Of a stretch of 64,000 nt of DNA, positions 59,866 through 64,000 are shown piece after piece (the first letter of the stretch is position 1; each line of letters starts with the position of its first letter). This DNA comes from Candidatus Altimarinota bacterium (lineage in GTDB: Bacteria > Patescibacteriota > Gracilibacteria > CAIRYL01 > GCA-016699755). The notes under the pieces are model-generated. The model searched no databases. It was not told the origin of the DNA and saw only the letters and a list, made by a program, of their open reading frames with translations. The position numbers and the translations under genes were made by a program. Location of the stretch: positions 896,001-960,000 of the forward strand of contig OY760935.1 in assembly GCA_963664295.1 (NCBI GenBank). Reading direction: 5' to 3'.

Positions 59866-60457
59866 TACGCTTTTTAATAATTTTTGCAGGAACACCAACA
59901 GCTACAGAAAAAGGTGGAATATCTTTATTCACCACAGCATTCGCCCCAATAACACTTCCTTTGCCAATTTTTACGCCACTGATAATGGTGACACCAGCAC
60001 CAATCCAACAACCATCTTCAATAATTGTTTTACCTGTTTTTTTAAGTGGCTTTTTCCCTAGCAAATCACTATTGTCTGGCATTTCATGGTTTACAACAAC
60101 TCTGGCATGCGTAGCAATAGCGACACTCTCGCCAATTTCCAAGCCACCATGTCCATCCAAAATACAATAAGGGTTCACAGTGCTATCTTTGCCTATTTTT
60201 ATGTATTCACCACGAGTATTTAGAACACATCCTTGATTTATGTGTACATTTTTTCCAATTTCTATGCCAATTTTATAACTAGAAAATGCTTTCAAAATAC
60301 TACCTTCAATAATTACTCCCTTATAAATTTTGATTTTCCAAAAAGCATATAATTTTGACTTAACATCAATATAAGCAAGACTAAATAAGCTCAAAAAAGG
60401 ATTGAGCACAAAAGAAGGAATTGCTTTATTAAGAAAAAATTTAATTTTTTTAAGCAT
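59855..60457 (-). CDS. Hexapeptide-repeat acyltransferase
   Basis: IEDGCWIGAGVTIISGVKIGKGSVIGANAVV..VGVPAK. Confidence 0.92.
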   Translation of the reverse strand: MLKKIKFFLNKAIPSFVLNPFLSLFSLAYIDVKSKLYAFWKIKIYKGVIIEGSILKAFSSYKIGIEIGKNVHINQGCVLNTRGEYIKIGKDSTVNPYCILDGHGGLEIGESVAIATHARVVVNHEMPDNSDLLGKKPLKKTGKTIIEDGCWIGAGVTIISGVKIGKGSVIGANAVVNKDIPPFSVAVGVPAKIIKKRNEK

Positions 60458-60460
60458 TTT

Positions 60461-61576
60461 TTAAAATAATTTACTAAATTTTTTGGCAAGTTCCCGCCAG
60501 CTCATTTTTTCTGCTTTTTGGCGTGAATTTTTTCCCATTGTAAGGATTTTTTGTGGATTTTTCAAAAATTCTTTTATTTTTTTAGATAATTCATCTGCAC
60601 TTTCTATGCCAACAATAAATCCATTTTCTTTGTCTTGAACTAGCTCCTTACTACCACCTGTGTCACTCACAACACAAGGTAAACCTGATGCCATGCCTTC
60701 CAAAACCGCATTGCTCATGCCTTCATTTTTTGAAGACAAAACAAAAATATCTGCTTTTGCATATTTTTTTGCTATTTTTTGCTTATTTTTAATTATTCCG
60801 GTTAGATCCAAGTCTACTTTTAATTTTTTTGCCAAATTTATTAAATTTTCTTTTTCTGGTCCATCGCCAATAATTTGCACAATTACATCAAGACCTTCAC
60901 AAGCTTGAATTAAAAGTGAAAAATTTTTACGCTCAACCAACCTGCCAACAGAAATAATGATTGGTTTTTTGTTCTTTTTTTCTAGATCAGGCTTAAAAAA
61001 ATCAGTATCTACGCCGTTATAAATTAAGCCAATTTCTTGTTTTGGCGCTGTCTTGTGTGCCAACTCTCGCAAACCATCAGAATTAGCAATGACTTGCTTG
61101 GCATTTTTCCAAATAATTGGTGAAAGCCAAGAAAAAATAAATTTATCCAACTTTTGCCAGCGTTTTTCATAAAAAGGCACATCTGAACCGCGCAAAAGCA
61201 CAATATAGGGCACTTTATATAATTTATTTAAAGCATATCCCAAAAAACCAGCGGGCAAACCACTCCAGCACAAAATTCCATCATATTTTTTTTGCTTAAT
61301 TAATTTTCGTGATTGAAAAAAGGCTTTCCAACTATATTTAATTAAGTCAAAAATAGTCTGGAAATGAATATTTTTGCCTTTTTTGCTAATATCCAAATAA
61401 TAAATTTCACTATTTTTATTAAATTTTTCCTGTTTTTTTTGATTTTCCGACGCAGTCACGAGATCAATTTGTAAATCAGGATAGGCTTCTAGCTCTTTGA
61501 GTGCAAAAAAATTAGCATTAGCCTGCCCCCCGCCCAAGGGCGGAAACTCATTGTTTAGCATTAAAATCTTTTTCAT
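60461..61576 (-). CDS. GT4 glycosyltransferase
   Basis: NEFPPLGGG, YNGVD, VGRLVERK, EGMSNAVLEGMASG. Confidence 0.93.
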   Translation of the reverse strand: MKKILMLNNEFPPLGGGQANANFFALKELEAYPDLQIDLVTASENQKKQEKFNKNSEIYYLDISKKGKNIHFQTIFDLIKYSWKAFFQSRKLIKQKKYDGILCWSGLPAGFLGYALNKLYKVPYIVLLRGSDVPFYEKRWQKLDKFIFSWLSPIIWKNAKQVIANSDGLRELAHKTAPKQEIGLIYNGVDTDFFKPDLEKKNKKPIIISVGRLVERKNFSLLIQACEGLDVIVQIIGDGPEKENLINLAKKLKVDLDLTGIIKNKQKIAKKYAKADIFVLSSKNEGMSNAVLEGMASGLPCVVSDTGGSKELVQDKENGFIVGIESADELSKKIKEFLKNPQKILTMGKNSRQKAEKMSWRELAKKFSKLF

Positions 61577-61596
61577 CAGCACTCTTAAAGTTCTTT

Positions 61597-61625
61597 ATTT
61601 TAAAATAAAAAAAATAAATTGTCAA
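61597..61625 (-). promoter_or_regulatory. Sigma70 promoter for GT4-acyltransferase-flippase genes
   Basis: TTGACA-N17-TAAAAT on the minus strand. Confidence 0.65.
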
Positions 61626-61676
61626 ATATAAATAAATTCAACAATATATTTAATATATCTATTTTTTAACTAATTT

Positions 61677-62615
61677 TTAATCAAAATTAATTTCTTCAGC
61701 AATAACATATAAATGCCTTTTACGAACATCATCGTAAATCCTGCCAATATATTCGCCCAAAATCCACAAAAATATAAATTGCAAGCCCATAAAACCGGCA
61801 ATAACAACAGTAAGCCACTTGAAAAGTGGATATTCTACATCAAAAAACAAGGCATCTATTGCCATGTAAATAAAAAATAAAATTGAAACAAAAATAGTAA
61901 TAAGCCCAATAACAAAACCTAACTTTAATGGCAAAAAAGAAAAATTTAAAATTCCGTCCATAGCTAAACGGAACATTTTTTTAATTGTGTATTGAGTTTC
62001 ACCATAAACCCTATTTGGGCGCTCAAAATCAACAAAACCATACTTAAAACCAAGCCAAGCAACCATGCCACGCAAATACCTTGCTTGCTCGTTCATTGTT
62101 AACAAATAATCAAGAACTTTGCGATCAATCAAGCGAAAATCGCCAACATTACGAGGAATTTCCACAGAAGAAAACTTAGAAAGTAATTTATAATAAATTT
62201 GAGCAGTGTGTTTTTTTAGAAATCCATCTTTGCGAGTTTTTCTGCGAGCATAAACAATTTTACAACCGTCTTTCCATTTTTGTATCATCTTGGGAATTAC
62301 TTCCGGTGGATCTTGAAGATCACAATCCATACTAACAATAATGTCCCCTTTGGCATATTTTAGACCAGCAGTAAGCGCGGCCTGATGACCAAAATTACGA
62401 CTTAGTGCTAAAACTTTTATCTTTGGATATTTTTTTGCTAATTCTTTAATTTCCAACAAGGTATAGTCCCTACTACCATCGTCAATTAAAATAATTTCAT
62501 AATCAAAATTATGAAGATCTTTTTTAAGAACCTTAATAAGCTCTTCATAAAAAACTGTTATATTTTTTTCTTCGTTATATGCTGGTGCAATAATGGAAAT
62601 TAATTTTTTATTCAT
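61677..62615 (-). CDS. GT2 polyprenyl-phosphate glycosyltransferase (GtrB/ArnC-like)
   Basis: PAYNEE, DDGSRD, SRNFGHQAA, MDCDLQDPP, two C-terminal TMs, GEYIGRIY. Confidence 0.93.
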   Translation of the reverse strand: MNKKLISIIAPAYNEEKNITVFYEELIKVLKKDLHNFDYEIILIDDGSRDYTLLEIKELAKKYPKIKVLALSRNFGHQAALTAGLKYAKGDIIVSMDCDLQDPPEVIPKMIQKWKDGCKIVYARRKTRKDGFLKKHTAQIYYKLLSKFSSVEIPRNVGDFRLIDRKVLDYLLTMNEQARYLRGMVAWLGFKYGFVDFERPNRVYGETQYTIKKMFRLAMDGILNFSFLPLKLGFVIGLITIFVSILFFIYMAIDALFFDVEYPLFKWLTVVIAGFMGLQFIFLWILGEYIGRIYDDVRKRHLYVIAEEINFD

Positions 62616-63537
62616 TTGTTTTTAAAGTTGATTTAATCATTTCTTGTAAATTTTTTTTAACTTGCCACCCTAAAGTTGTCTCAGCTTTTTTTGAGCTAGC
62701 AACAAGGCGCGCTGGATCACCAGCTCGACGTGGAGCAAGTTCTTTTGAAATCTTTTTGTCCAATTGTTTTTCAAACTCCTCAATAATTTCATTAACAGTA
62801 TAGCCTGTATTTGTGCCCAAGTTAAAAATATCTGAACCTTCTTGTTTCATAGCAAGAATATGCGCCTCTATTAAGTCCTCCAAATGAACATAATCTCTAA
62901 TACATGTGCCATCATGGGTTTCGTAATCATTACCAAAAATTTGTAATTTATCTTTTTTGCCACTTAAAACATCCATAACAACCGGAAAAAGATTACTTGA
63001 ACTCCGTTCTTGATATTTCAATCCAAGGTCACCAACAACATTAAAATAGCGCAAAGAAGAATAAGTAATCCCATGAATACTACTATACCAATCAATAAGC
63101 TCCTCGCATTTTAATTTAGTAAAACCATAATAATTACAAGGATTAAGTGGGTGCTTTTCATCAATTGGCAAATACTGAGGGTGTCCATATACTGCGGCAG
63201 AGGAAGAAAAAATAATTTTTGGAATTTTATGTCGCACCATAGCATCAAGTACATTAATCATGCCTGTTATATTCCTAGAATATTTTGTGGCATTAAGCAT
63301 AGACTCACCTGCGAATTTATGTGCTGCAAAATGAAAAACACAATCATAATGCTGATCTATTGCGTTTTTGTCTTCTGCTATGTCTTTTTGAAAAAATTTT
63401 GCTTTTTCATCTATATATTTTTTATCTCCTGTTGATAAATCATCTATTACAGTGACTGAAAAACCCTGATCACACAGCACTTTTACACAAGCAGAACCTA
63501 TATACCCTGCCCCGCCTAATACTAAAATTTTTTTCAT
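62608..63537 (-). CDS. galE: UDP-glucose 4-epimerase
   Basis: GGAGYIGS, FSSSAAVYG, YGFTK, RYFNV, DGTCIRDYVH, RRAGDP; ATG 63537. Confidence 0.95.
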   Translation of the reverse strand: MKKILVLGGAGYIGSACVKVLCDQGFSVTVIDDLSTGDKKYIDEKAKFFQKDIAEDKNAIDQHYDCVFHFAAHKFAGESMLNATKYSRNITGMINVLDAMVRHKIPKIIFSSSAAVYGHPQYLPIDEKHPLNPCNYYGFTKLKCEELIDWYSSIHGITYSSLRYFNVVGDLGLKYQERSSSNLFPVVMDVLSGKKDKLQIFGNDYETHDGTCIRDYVHLEDLIEAHILAMKQEGSDIFNLGTNTGYTVNEIIEEFEKQLDKKISKELAPRRAGDPARLVASSKKAETTLGWQVKKNLQEMIKSTLKTNE

Positions 63538-63743
63538 CAAATAATTATAACAAATTATGCAAAAAAGCTCAAGAAAAAGACCAAAAAGCAATAAAATCGG
63601 TCGGACTAGGCGAACAATGCGCAGATTGTTTAACGTAGGTCTATAGTTTTAAAAAAACCAGGAGGAGGCGAGCTAAGCGCACATTATAGAGCAAAAAAAT
63701 AAAATCGACGCAATAGTATGCAGACTATTTTTTATTAAAAATT

Positions 63744-63775
63744 AAAAAAGCTGATCAGTCCCCTAGCTGATCAGC
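63744..63775 (-). terminator. Terminator after histidine kinase gene
   Basis: Minus strand GCTGATCAG-CTAGGGGA-CTGATCAGC-TTTTTT. Confidence 0.75.
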
Positions 63776-63819
63776 CATATTAGCAATATACAAGGTTAAA
63801 ATGAACTGGGGATGAAAAA

Positions 63820-64000
63820 TTAACCTTCAATTAGGGGTAAAACAACAATAAAACTACTGCCTTTGCCCAAGGTGCTACTTACCTCCACTCTTCCTCCATG
63901 ATTTTTGACAATTTTTTTTACCAAACTAAGACCCAAGCCAGAGCCTCTTATTTTTTTGTTTTTTTGTGCAGGTGAGCGCCAAAAGTCCTGAAAAATTTTT
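63820..64000 (-). CDS. Sensor histidine kinase, C-terminal HATPase end (5' part outside window; not in ORF track)
   Basis: Hand translation KIFQDFWRS...[42 protein letters not shown]. Confidence 0.92.
   Translation of the reverse strand, partial: KIFQDFWRSPAQKNKKIRGSGLGLSLVKKIVKNHGGRVEVSSTLGKGSSFIVVLPLIEG

Noticed and set aside
63598-63830. tmRNA, or integron attC (GTTTAAC at 63628)
   Set aside because: No tRNA-like ends or tag ORF, and no matching GTTRRRY at attC distance

Overview
An AT-rich, gene-dense 64-kb bacterial chromosomal segment read with the standard genetic code. It looks like a Patescibacteria/CPR organism, possibly Peregrinibacteria-like (inference from gene content, A-rich leaders without Shine-Dalgarno motifs, and Cys-rich surface proteins). 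Housekeeping genes are rpsL-rpsG, trxA, rnhA, secD, tRNA-Asn, pheS, rsmG, rpmE, ligA and tuf-rpsJ. Other clusters include an ECF sigma/anti-sigma pair, a five-gene alpha-glucan operon (GT4, GH57, GH15, ROK kinase, GT35), a MacAB-type ABC system, an oxidoreductase/permease/NifX cluster beside the tRNA, several large exported proteins and a surface-glycosylation cluster. I found no CRISPR array, integrase or transposase. The most interesting observations are: (1) a Rel-derived, hydrolase-dead, synthetase-only alarmone enzyme overlapping a 5xPAS-GAF sensor that has no output domain; (2) a two-copy ~55-nt intergenic structured element with a strand-specific G-U pair; (3) SecD carrying two inserted parvulin-like domains; (4) a 720-aa beta-solenoid protein split by a coiled-coil insertion; (5) tandem CxxCxxCC paralogs with a hidden in-frame third C-terminus behind a TAG; (6) an amidase-SpoIID fusion; (7) twin covarying hairpins upstream of galE. 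All family calls come from recognising motifs by eye; no searches were run.
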